The notes under the pieces are model-generated. The model was not told the origin of the DNA, searched no databases, and saw nothing but the letters and a program-made list of their open reading frames with translations. Position numbers and translations under genes: made by a program. A stretch of DNA of 63,858 nucleotides, the filler included, from Octopus bimaculoides (lineage: Eukaryota), in the NCBI RefSeq assembly GCF_001194135.2. It is 9 parts of 9 records of this genome, joined end to end, with 100 filler letters (N's around TTAATTAATTAA, not from the genome) between each part and the next. Parts side by side here need not be neighbours in the genome. Positions count along the whole stretch, not along the records: positions 51,008 to 53,208 come from NC_069004.1; positions 53,309 to 55,178 come from NC_068996.1; positions 55,279 to 57,137 come from NW_026303866.1; positions 57,238 to 62,448 come from NC_069009.1; positions 62,549 to 63,858 come from NW_026386596.1; 4 more parts are not named here. One strand, written 5' to 3'. This document shows, piece by piece, positions 53,141 to 63,858 of the stretch (the first letter of the stretch is position 1; each line of letters begins with the position of its first letter).

Positions 53141-54710
53141 ATGTGCTCACATATCATTTGTATTATTATATTACCAAACGCCACGTGTCCATTTGCAAGT
53201 ATATATATNNNNNNNNNNNNNNNNNNNNNNNNNNNNNNNNNNNNNNNNNNNNTTAATTAATTAANNNNNNNNNNNNNNNNNNNNNNNNNNNNNNNNNNNN
53301 NNNNNNNNCACGACAACAATTTAATTTGTGTTCGTGGGAAGAACCATTTTAACGATGCGTACTGCCTTAATTCTTCGAAACGCCGGGGTTTTAATGGTGG
53401 CAGCTGATGAAGGGGATGTTTCAATGTGGCCTGCTTGTTTGTTGTACCTTGTTTACCATTTTGTCCTTGTTCTTTTGCCACGTCATGTACCCAGTTATGT
53501 ATCTATATGTACATGTGGATGAAGGTATATACATACCTGTACATATATATGCATATACTCATATATTGTTTATATATATATATATATAATTAATCCCCCC
53601 AAAATCGAAGATCAAACATAAGAAAACAACAAGGCCAGTATGTGGTACATGCAAAGTATTAGCAGATGCTAAGGGTACTAATGAAAGGTATTCTTACGGG
53701 ATAGTTTTACGCTTCGAGCAAAGTTCTTCTCCAGAAACAGAAAACAGGAAAATTCAAGAGATAAAGGAAGTCGGAATTTAAAATCGCCAACGATCCACAT
53801 TTTGAAAGCGTAAGAGTGAAGAAAAAAATTCTTTCTCAGAGAGTGTAAAAGGAGGTATTTGTTTGTATGTGTGGCTATGTGCGTGCGCGCAGGATTGTGT
53901 GCGTAATAGCATGTGTGTGTGTGGTTTTTGTGTGGTGTCGGTTGTTTTATATGTGTGAGTGAACTTTGTGTCTGTTAATGTTGTAGGAAGAATTCAGCAA
54001 CATGGTAACAGAAGTGGTAACAGAAGTGGTGGTCTTTTGTGTTGTTGTATACTTCACGTGCGTAGAGGGACGGTCAGTAGAAAAGTGTTTGACTGGCAGC
54101 TTGAAGTATGTGTCTGTGTGTGTATGTATGTGTGTTGTGTGAGCATGCGTCTGTGTGTGAGTGCGTGTACCTGGGTGTATGTGCGTGTATGTATGGGTTT
54201 ATGTTCTCTGGTTGATACGTTCGGTTATGTTGCTTCAAATCGATAATCCGAAGAGAGAGCAATACACGATTGTACTGTAGGCGTAACAGCCGTGACCTGA
54301 CGCGGCCTATCGGCGCGAAAATTTTCACGCATGTGCGGGAAGGGTAGTATCAACTCTCACCTTATGGGTTTCATCCATGTAGCATTAGTTTTGGCACAAA
54401 AAAATGAAGTCCAATATTTTTGGTAGCCATACCTAATTCTAACTTATCACTTAGAATTTGCATCGCTGTTACATCCATACACAGTTAAACCGTTTAATGT
54501 TCTTATTAGGACTTCACTCAACATTGATGCTCACCAAATTCCTTCCATCAATGACCATCCTGTTTTCCTTTTTCAGGCATCATGCATCTAGCATTATAGT
54601 ATCCTATGTCAAAGGGTAACAGAATACCCATAATAAACTATGTAGTCATGTTATATGCACGTATGTACTTCTGAATGTCAGTTTGTACGTACATGCTTGT
54701 GTATGTGTGT

Positions 54711-55092
54711 AGGTGCAATGGCCCAGTGGTTAGGGCAGCGGATTCGCGGTCATTGGATCGCAGTTTCGATTCTCAGACTGAGCGTTGTGAGTGTTTATTG
54801 AGCAAAAACACCTAAAGCTCCACGTGTCTCCGGCAGGGAATGGTGGCGAACCCTGCTGTACTCTTTTCACCACAACTTTCTCTCACTCTTACTTCCTGTT
54901 TCTGTTGTGCCTGTAATTCAAAGGGTCAGCCTTGTCACACTGTGTCACGCTGAATATCCCCGAGAACTGCGTTAAGGGTACACGTGTATGTGGAGTACTC
55001 AGCCACTTGCACGTTAATTTCACGAGCAGGCTGTTCCGTTCATCGGATCGACTGGAACCGTCGACGTCGTAAGCGACGGAGTGCCAACGACA
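54711..55092 (+). mobile_element. SINE family C
   Basis: Full-length match to the other copies. Confidence 0.88.
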
Positions 55093-57237
55093 CTTGTGTT
55101 TATACATATATATGTATGCATGTATGTATGCATACATGCATATGCTTTTATGTATATATGGATGCATGCATATGTATGNNNNNNNNNNNNNNNNNNNNNN
55201 NNNNNNNNNNNNNNNNNNNNNNTTAATTAATTAANNNNNNNNNNNNNNNNNNNNNNNNNNNNNNNNNNNNNNNNNNNNTATACATAAGTATATATATATG
55301 TATATATATATATATGTGTGTGTGTGTGCGTGAGACAATAAATATGTCTGTATGTGCTTGTGTGTATGTATGTGTGTGCGTAAGTTCGTGTGTTGTATGT
55401 GTGTATGCGTTTGAGAGTATTTATCGCTGTGTTTGTGTGTGAATGTGTGCGTGTGTATGTGTGTGTGTGTGTGCGTGTGTGTGTTGTGTATGAGTGTACA
55501 TTATATAGCTCTGTGTATGTGTGCTCGTTATCTTTCCACTTTTCTCCCCCTCTCTCTCCTCTCTCTCTCCCCTCTGTCTGTCTGTTTCTCTCTCTCTCTC
55601 TCTCTCTCTGTTTGATTTTATCAACAATTTCGAGATTTCTCGTATCACTTCCAACTCTATAAATGTGACAATCTTTTTCTCAACATAATATAGTTAAAGA
55701 AAATATTTTGAAGAGCCGAACCTCATCTCTCTCTCTCTCCATCTGTATATATATATATANNNNNNNNNNNNNNNNNNNNNNNNNNNNNNNNNNNNNNNNN
55801 NNNNNNNNNNNNNNNNNNNNNNNNNNNNNNNNNNNNNNNNNNNNNNNNNNNNNNNNNNNNNNNNNNNNNNNNNNNNNNNNNNNNNNNNNNNNNNNNNNNN
55901 NNNNNNNNNNNNNNNNNNNNNNNNNNNNNNNNNNNNNNNNNNNNNNNNNNNNNNNNNNNNNNNNNNNNNNNNNNNNNNNNNNNNNNNNNNNNNNNNNNNN
56001 NNNNNNNNNNNNNNNNNNNNNNNNNNNNNNNNNNNNNNNNNNNNNNNNNNNNNNNNNNNNNNNNNNNNNNNNNNNNNNNNNNNNNNNNNNNNNNNNNNNN
56101 NNNNNNNNNNNNNNNNNNNNNNNNNNNNNNNNNNNNNNNNNNNNNNNNNNNNNNNNNNNNNNNNNNNNNNNNNNNNNNNNNNNNNNNNNNNNNNNNNNNN
56201 NNNNNNNNNAAATTTGATTTGGTGGAGTCGTTTGAGAATGCATAGGGAACAGACAGACAGACAGATAAAGAATTTTATATATATAAAGATCAAGAATCTT
56301 TGGAATTTCTTACAAATTCTTATTATGCCGCTGATAGATTAGATTCGGAGAATGCACATCAGGTTTTTATTTGCTCTTTCTTGTGTTCGGAACATACTGA
56401 AAACTTTATAAAAGTGATTCTTGTTTGTCCCCTCTATGTTTAGTCCCTTGTGGGCAATAAAGAAATAAGAAACTAAAAGAAGTCCGACGTATACATGCAT
56501 ACACACATACGTACGTGTGTGTGTGTGTGTCTGTGTGTCTGTGTATGTGTATGTGTGCGCGCGTGTGTGTATGCGTGTCTTCAGCTTATTTGTCTCGACT
56601 CCACGGCTTGACAATCGGTGTTGGTTTGTGAGCCTCTCCGTAAAATAGACCGACAGACCGACAGAATATGTAGCAAACTTTTAAAATGTAAGTACTGGTA
56701 GTAGTGGGGGTGTCGATTGTTTTCGACTAAACCCTTCAAGGCGATACTCCAGCGTGGCCGCACTCCAATGACTGAAACGAGTAAAAGAAAAACAATGAAA
56801 GATAACGGAAGATTTCGTTTCAATGTAGACTTTTAAAACAAGGTGTTACTATCATAGGTGTTGTTTTAAGGCTGATCGGTATAAAAAGAGTTAACGGCTG
56901 CCGATGATCTATATTATTGCTTGTTACTGTCAGTTTCGCTCTATGACTACGAGAGAATGGTGCATTCCTTATAAATCCCAAATCTCATCCAGATACGCAC
57001 GTCAGATTTATTTTATTTTTGCATTGTGCTTCTGTGCTGTTTGCCCAATATAGTAATGGTATGTGCCGGATGCCCATAGGAGTGCTAGTATGTATGAATG
57101 TATGTATGTATGTATGTATGTATGTATGTATGTGTGANNNNNNNNNNNNNNNNNNNNNNNNNNNNNNNNNNNNNNNNNNNNTTAATTAATTAANNNNNNN
57201 NNNNNNNNNNNNNNNNNNNNNNNNNNNNNNNNNNNNN

Positions 57238-57400
57238 ATTGCATCGACCCCAGTGCGTAACTGGTACTTAATTTATCGACCCCAAAAGGATGAAAGGCAA
57301 AGTCGACCTCAGCGGAATTTGAACTCAGAACGTAACGGCAGACGAAATACCACTAAGCATTTCGCCCGGCGTGCTAACGTTTCTGCCAGCTCGCCGCCTT
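57238..57400 (-). mobile_element. Meta-domain-like tRNA SINE
   Basis: Head aaggcggcgagctggcagaa... plus gtcgactttgcctttcatcc...ggggtcgataaattaagtaccag. From recall this resembles the MetaSINE/Sauria-SINE central domain. Confidence 0.8.
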
Positions 57401-57460
57401 GTCTATCTTTCTGTCTGTCTATCTATCTTTTTGTCTCTCTATCTTTCTGTCTGCTGGTGC

Positions 57461-57630
57461 CCATTATACTCTCGGAGTGGTTGGTGTTCGGAAGGAGGGC
57501 ATCCACCTGTAGATACCATACCAAATCAGACTGGAGTTAGGTGCAGCCTGCCAGCTTACAGGCCCTGATCAAACCGTCCAACTCATGCCAGCATGGACAA
57601 CGGACGTTAAACGAATGTTAAATGATGATA
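57461..57630 (+). mobile_element. RTE 3'-end fragment
   Basis: Same tail family (ggagtggttgg...catgccagcatggacaacggacgttaaacg). Confidence 0.75.
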
Positions 57631-57759
57631 TAAAAGTTTGGTTTGGTTTGAGATTATCCTCCATTAAAAAAAAAATGACTAATATTGAAAGATTTATGGA
57701 GTTATCTCCCATTAAGTATTTACTTCTTCAGGGAAGAAGTTAGGTATAAATAGATCTTT

Positions 57760-58073
57760 GATCTTTTACTAGTTTCGGTCAAATTGACTGCGGCCATGCT
57801 GGGGCATCACCTTGAAGGGTTTTAGCTGAACAAATCAACCCCAGGACTTATTTTCTATAAGCCTAGTATTCATTCTATCAATCCCTTTTTGCTAAGTTAC
57901 CTGGACATAAACACACCAACACCGGTTGTCAAGAGTGGACAAACATAAACCCACACTTCTATATGCGAAAAGCTTCTTTCAGTTTCCATCTACCAAAGAC
58001 ACTTGCCTGAGGTGCCACGCAATGGGACAGAAACTAGAACCATTGACTGGGAAGCAAGCTTCTTACCACATAG
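57760..58073 (-). mobile_element. CORE-type SINE, diverged with internal deletions
   Basis: Shares both head and tail motifs with the intact copies. Confidence 0.75.
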
Positions 58074-58127
58074 TTCTGTGCCTTCTTTATCTTTTGTTTT
58101 TTTATACTAGCACCATTTAAGCGTGAC

Positions 58128-58539
58128 TGTTACCAACGTCGCCTTCCTCGCACGTGAAAAGACATTCGAGCGAGGTCGTTGCCTAGACTGGCTCCTGTGC
58201 AGGTGGCACGTAAAAAATCACCTTTTCGAGCGTGATCGTTGCCAGTACCGCCTAACTGGCCCTCGTACCGGTGGCATGTAAAAGCACCCACTACACTCTC
58301 TGAGTGGTTGGCGTTAGGAAGGGCATCCAGCTGTAGAAACTCTGCCAAATCAGATTGGAGCCTGGTGTAGCCATCTGGTTTCACCAGTCCTCAGTCAAAT
58401 CGTCCAACCCATGCTAGCATGGAAAGCGGACGTTAAACGATGATGATTATCATCGTTTAACGTCCGCTTTCCATTCTAGCATGTGTTGGACGGTTTGACT
58501 GAGGACTGGCGAAACCAGGTGGTTACACCAGACTCCAAT
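58128..58539. mobile_element. Two RTE 3' ends joined tail to tail
   Basis: A plus-strand tail (58128-58447) is followed directly by a minus-strand tail (58449-58539), forming a ~91-bp inverted repeat. Confidence 0.85.
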
Positions 58540-58793
58540 ATATATATACATACACACACACATTACACATGCATGCATATACATAAACACACACACACAC
58601 ACACACACATTAACTATATTTTCAGTGTCTTTCTCTATCCTCCAACTGTTTTACAACCTGTTGTTACATGTCCCCCACTATCTACTCTGATGTGTTTCTT
58701 AGTGCCTGTTGTGGTGTCCCCTCCACCTCTCTACTGTGATGTGTCCCCTCTGGTCCTTACTCTGTTATAATGTACCCACTCCCCTTATCCTGA

Positions 58794-58961
<168 letters not shown>

Positions 58962-59134
58962 AGGGTACAGTGTCATCCTGCGTGTCAGGGTCTGCCATGT
59001 CTTTCCTACATGAGGGGGCCGTCGCCCGGCCCCTCTCTACTACTGCCATAGGACAAGATACCAAGCCTGTCAACCATGACCTCCCCCACCTCTACAGTCG
59101 GCTTTGACTCCCTGATTGACTCACTGAACACTGC

Positions 59135-59540
59135 AACACAACCACCACCACCACAACAACACTACTGCATACACTACAACACTGTGCAGTGCCTGTACAC
59201 TGCAGTACCTACCAGCTACACCACAACATAACCATGCAATACTAGTACCTATACTGCATTACATACACTACAGTACAGACCTCTGCAATGCCAGTACCCA
59301 TCACTAGACTACCACTACATTGACACCACCACCACCACCACACTAACATCACCCCATCCCCCGTCCCCATTGTACACCATCACAACCACCACTACCACCA
59401 TCGCCACCTCATGACTCAGTTAACATCATCAAAACTACCACCACCACCACTACCACAACCACACTTTCCCTGCCACTACCACTAACACTACTACTACTGC
59501 TACCAACACCACAACCACCGCCACGACCACCACCACCAAC
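59135..59540 (+). repeat. ACC/ACT-rich low-complexity tract downstream of the CNOT3 stop (probable 3'UTR)
   Basis: Strand-biased C/A-rich sequence following the terminal exon. Confidence 0.7.
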
Positions 59541-60364
59541 AGTGCCAAGTTAGAGAGTCTCTGGTTGAGCCTTCTGCTGCCCTGGGGCAGGTTGAACTTT
59601 CTCTCTCTCTCTCTCACATGATGATAAAGTTGATGTAAACTCCATCTCACACTCACTCTCTCTCTNNNNNNNNNNNNNNNNNNNNNNNNNNNNNNNNNNN
59701 NNNNNNNNNNNNNNNNNNNNNNNNNNNNNNNNNNNNNNNNNNNNNNNNNNNNNNNNNNNNNNNNNNNNNNNNNNNNNNNNNNNNNNNNNNNNNNNNNNNN
59801 NNNNNNNNNNNNNNNNNNNNNNNNNNNNNNNNNNNNNNNNNNNNNNNNNNNNNNNNNNNNNNNNNNNNNNNNNNNNNNNNNNNNNNNNNNNNNNNNNNNN
59901 NNNNNNNNNNNNNNNNNNNNNNNNNNNNNNNNNNNNNNNNNNNNNNNNNNNNNNNNNNNNNNNNNNNNNNNNNNNNNNNNNNNNNNNNNNNNNNNNNNNN
60001 NNNNNNNNNNNNNNNNNNNNNNNNNNNNNNNNNNNNNNNNNNNNNNNNNNNNNNNNNNNNNNNNNNNNNNNNNNNNNNNNNNNNNNNNNNNNNNNNNNNN
60101 NNNNNNNNNNNNNNNNNNNNNNNNNNNNNNNNNNNNNNNNNNNNNNNNNNNNNNNNNNNNNNNNNNNNNNNNNNNNNNNNNNNNNNNNNNNNNNNNNNNN
60201 NNNNNNNNNNNNNNNNNNNNNNNNNNNNNNNNNNNNNNNNNNNNNNNNNNNNNNNNNNNNNNNNNNNNNNNNNNNNNNNNNNNNNNNNNNNNNNNNNNNN
60301 NNNNNNNNNNNNNNNNNNNNNNNNNNNNNNNNNNNNNNNNNNNNNNNNNNNNNNNNNNNNNNNN

Positions 60365-60603
60365 TTGGTAGACGGAAACTGAAAGAAGCCTGTCGCATAT
60401 ATATGTGTGTGTGTTTGTCCCCCCCAACATCGCTTGACAACCAATGGTGGTGTGTTTACGTCCCCATAACTTAGCGGTTCGGCAAAAGAGACCGATAGAA
60501 TAAGTACTAGGCTTCTAAAGAATAAGTCCTGGGGTCGATTTGCTCGACTAAAGGCGGTGCTCCAGCATGGCCACAGTCAAATGACTGAAACAAGTAAAAG
60601 AGT
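60365..60603 (+). mobile_element. CORE-type SINE, 3' part
   Basis: Same family. The 5' part lies in the gap. Confidence 0.88.
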
Positions 60604-60819
60604 ATTCAGAATGTCCGGTCAGGAGTTGGCTTATGGTGGCTGTTGGAGACCACCATTGCATGGTTCTATGGTTCTTGTTGGCTGCGTGTATTATAAATAA
60701 AACAAACTCGTTAACATTCAACAACATTTATTGACAGAAATGATTTACTGTTTTGGCTTCAACATCAACTATCTGGCAAAGAACAATGCAAATACAATAA
60801 ATACTGCACATTGGTGCAT

Positions 60820-61201
60820 GGTGCAGAAGTGGCTGAGTGGTAAGAAGCTTGCGAGCTGGCAGAAACGTTAGCACGTCAGGCGAAATACTTAGTGGCATTT
60901 CGTCTGCCTTTACGGTCTGAGTTCAAATTCCGCCGAGGTCGACTTTGCCTTTCATCCTTTCGGGGTCGATAAATTAAGTACCAGTTACGCACTGGGGTCG
61001 ATGTAATCGACTTAATCCCTTTGTTTATCCCCTCTGTGTGTAGCCCCTTGTGGGCAATAAAGAAATAAGAAGCTTGCTTCTGAACCACATTATTCCATGT
61101 TCGGTCCCACTGCTTGGCACCTTGAACAAATCTCTTCTACTATATCCTTGGGTCAAACAAAGCCTTGTGAGTGGATTTGGCAGATGGAAACTGAAAGAAG
61201 C
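60820..61201 (+). mobile_element. CORE-type SINE 5' half with a Meta-type SINE inserted in its head
   Basis: The head is interrupted at taagaagcttgc, which is duplicated at 60841-60852 and 61066-61077. Confidence 0.85.
60853..61065 (+). mobile_element. Meta-domain-like tRNA SINE, near full length
   Basis: Same family, with tail gccccttgtgggcaataaagaaa and a 12-bp TSD. Confidence 0.85.
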
Positions 61202-61502
61202 TTGAAAATTACTATTTTTGAATCTCACAACGTGAGATATTCAGCAACAGTACTTTGTAGTAAAGATTGTTTGCCAACATAACATTGGCAGTCCTGGTCT
61301 AGATTCCCTTGTTTGAAAATGTAAGGACACAGATCGTGTTGTATAACCAGCTGGAGACGATGTCTCCTGGGGCTAAATTACAGCAACATTCGTCCTGGAC
61401 CGGGACTGCCATGTTATGTTGGCAAAAAATCTTTACTGAAAGAAGCCTGTTGTGTATATACATATACACACACACATGCACCCATATACATATATATATA
61501 TA

Positions 61503-61632
61503 GGGAGAATTCACAAAAAAACAACAGACGCAGACAGGTGGTGTAGAAAACAAACAGACATATTAGTATAACGCTCGGGAATTGAAAAAGTCTTTAACGT
61601 TTCGAGCCTACGCTCTTCCACAAAGAAACGAG
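61503..61632 (-). mobile_element. Family F repeat
   Basis: Reverse complement reads tttctttgtggaagagcgtaggctcgaaacgttaaagactttttcaattcccgagcgtt...attctccc. Confidence 0.7.
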
Positions 61633-61780
61633 AGAAAAAAAAGTGTGTAGTGGTCAGCGATCTATTATAGTGAAGGTCTTTTTTGATGTTGTTGTTGTCA
61701 TTATTATTATCTAGGTCACTGCCTGGAATCAAACTCGGAATCCTGGGGTTAGTAGCCCGTGCTCTTAACCACTCAGCCAC

Positions 61781-62053
61781 GGGCATATATAGCGTAGTGG
61801 TTATGAGCATGGGCTGCTAACCCCAAGATTCTAAGTTCGATTCAAAGCAGTGACCTGAATAATATTAATAATAACAACAACAACATCAAAAAATACGTTA
61901 GGAATGAGAACCCAGCTTCGAAATTTCCCCATGACACCTGAGGAGGCTGGAGGGTATATCAGCCGAAATGTGTTAACAACAAACAAGATAAGGACGAATA
62001 TCCGTCAATTGTAAATAATGTACAAAATTCCTCATCTCTTAAATATAGAACTG
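61781..62053 (+). mobile_element. Family E element, full length, preceded by an inverted 5' partial copy (61672-61780, -)
   Basis: tRNA-like head, AAT spacer, body and tail cctcatctcttaaatatagaactg. A second head on the minus strand abuts it. Confidence 0.85.
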
Positions 62054-62257
62054 TAAGATGTATGTCCGTCTTACCCTTTTCACTTCTTTGAAAACAAAAA
62101 ATTTCTCCACAGAAGACAAATGAAAGGTAGGCTTAGAAACTATTATCTCCCATTGAGATAGTAACTCTCTATTGTTCTCTGTCTCCATCACAATACGTAT
62201 ATACAACTTTCAGTTAGACTGTGTCTGTGCGCGCGCGCACACACATATATATATATG

Positions 62258-62387
62258 TATTCTTTCTGTTGAAGAGCGTAGCTCGAAACGTCAAATACTT
62301 TCCGTATTCCCGAGCGTCATACTAATATATACTTTTGTTATTTACACCACCTGTCCTCGTCTGTTGTTATTTTTTGTATATTCTCCC
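62258..62387 (+). mobile_element. Family F repeat (headless, Penelope pLTR-like, (TA)n tail)
   Basis: Homologous copies at ~1225-1376 (+), ~46300-46462 (+) and 61503-61632 (-). All share gagc..gctcgaaac and end in a (TA)n tract. Confidence 0.7.
62261..62297 (+). ncRNA. Variant minimal hammerhead motif in family F repeat
   Basis: UCUUU CUGUUGA A GAGC-gua-GCUC GAA ACGU C | AAAUA. Same architecture as the family E motif, but A6 is replaced by U. Confidence 0.45.
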
Positions 62388-62629
62388 ATATATATATATA
62401 TATATATATAAGGGGAGATAGATAGATAGAGAGAGATAGATACACTTGNNNNNNNNNNNNNNNNNNNNNNNNNNNNNNNNNNNNNNNNNNNNTTAATTAA
62501 TTAANNNNNNNNNNNNNNNNNNNNNNNNNNNNNNNNNNNNNNNNNNNNATAATATATATATATAATATATATATAATATATATATAATATATATATATGC
62601 ACAAGACCACCACAGTCAACAGACACGGA

Positions 62630-63858
62630 ATGGCCTCCCCTAATGCCTGCACAGTCGTCAAGCCAATATTTTTACTAAATATTGGGGGCCTGTTGCATCA
62701 TAACAAAAGCAAATTTTTTTCCTGAGAGACCTTGCTGCATGCAATCAAGCCCTATGCATAGCACTCGTGGAAACTCACCTCAGCCCTGATATAGAGGATG
62801 CGGAAGTACACATACTAAAATATGCCATACTGCAAACAGACAGAAGGGAAAGGAGCCATGGTGGAGTTGCTGTATACATCCGTGACGACCTCACACCCCA
62901 GGTCTTACTGTCATACTCAAATTCGGTATTTGACACTCTAATTGTATACATACGACAACATAATATAGTTATATGCAATACATATTGCCCACCGGATGCT
63001 CCAAACCACATGGGCAAGTTTGAAGATTGCCTCACTAGAATTAAAGAAATCCTCATGCAACTGAAACACCACGTGACCATATTTCTTATGGGTGATTTCA
63101 ACTTCTCCAACATCAAATGGCCCAAAGGACTCATGCTCTCAGGAATGACTCATTGCAAACAAGCACAGGTGGAGTCCCTGCTCAACCTCACCAATGCCTT
63201 ATTCATGGAACAAGTTGTACTCAGACCTACTAGGGCGAATAACATTTTGGATCTCTGCTTCACGAACAATATGGACATCATTCATGATGTGAAACTGATG
63301 CCAACATTAGTCTTGGATCACAACATAATAGAGCTGTCTATGTTTGGGCCGAAAGTAACCAGAGACATACAGCCTAAAGGAAGCACCCGAAATCTCTCCA
63401 ATCTGAACTTCCACAAAGCAGACTGGAAATCGATCCAAAAAGAGATCCTCAACAGGACTGGCCGAAATGTCTCTCCACACCAGACATTGACATGAAACTA
63501 GAATATTTCATGTCTGTTGTGCAAGCCAGAAATATGTTCCAGAGCACAAGGCCACAACAAATAGAAACAAAATTCCAAGGGAGAGGAAGATCCTTATGAG
63601 ACAACGGACGAAGGTTGCAAATCGCCTCAACCAACATCCCAAAAGTAGCGAAAGGTCCCGCCTAAAAACAACACTGATGGAGACTGAAAAAAGTCTGCAA
63701 CAATCCTATGTGAGGGAAAGAGCAGTCAAAGAAGCCTGGGTTATAAAAAAAACATCAAGTCAATCCCAAAGGTCTTCTTTCATTTCGCCAAAGAAACAGC
63801 ATCAGTATGCTGCAAGATAGAACCCCTCTTCCAAAAGGATGGCTCCCTCACAGATAGT
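62630..63858 (+). pseudogene. CR1/L2-like LINE ORF2, APE endonuclease domain; frameshifted and running off the window
   Basis: Motifs ETHL, DR...GGVAVYI, YCPP, LMGDFNF, NNILDLCFTN and DHNII in ORF 62767-63495. Frameshifts occur near 62720 and 63470. Confidence 0.88.

Noticed and set aside
58962-59051. Open frame of 29 codons after the CNOT3 stop (possible readthrough)
   Set aside because: TAA-A is a poor readthrough context, and an open stretch of this length is expected by chance in GC-richer UTR.

Overview
AT-rich, repeat-saturated animal genomic DNA from a fragmented draft assembly. About 12% is N, and most gaps are bordered by microsatellites. Eight identical 100-bp linkers (44 N + TTAATTAATTAA + 44 N) stitch nine separate blocks together, so adjacency across them is artificial. 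The SINE repertoire looks, from recall, like that of octopod cephalopods (inference). Almost all listed ORFs are microsatellite or N artefacts. The one confidently recognisable host coding segment is the terminal exon of CNOT3 (58863-58961, +). The rest is transposon debris: three mariner transposase relics, two Tc1/mariner MITEs, RTE, Tx1/L1 and CR1-like LINE fragments, and several tRNA-derived SINE families (CORE-type, Meta-type, V-like and an unclassified family). The most interesting signal is a set of minimal hammerhead-ribozyme motifs of the kind found in Penelope-like elements. One sits in a tRNA-headed (Pol III) SINE-like family, and one copy of that family has a Penelope-style inverted tail inside a 12-bp target-site duplication. 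A second headless family carries a variant hammerhead. Also notable: a candidate unannotated minus-strand gene with tandem-duplicated 25-nt microexons (one acceptor buried in an 18-bp hairpin), and several long hairpins that are candidate ADAR substrates.
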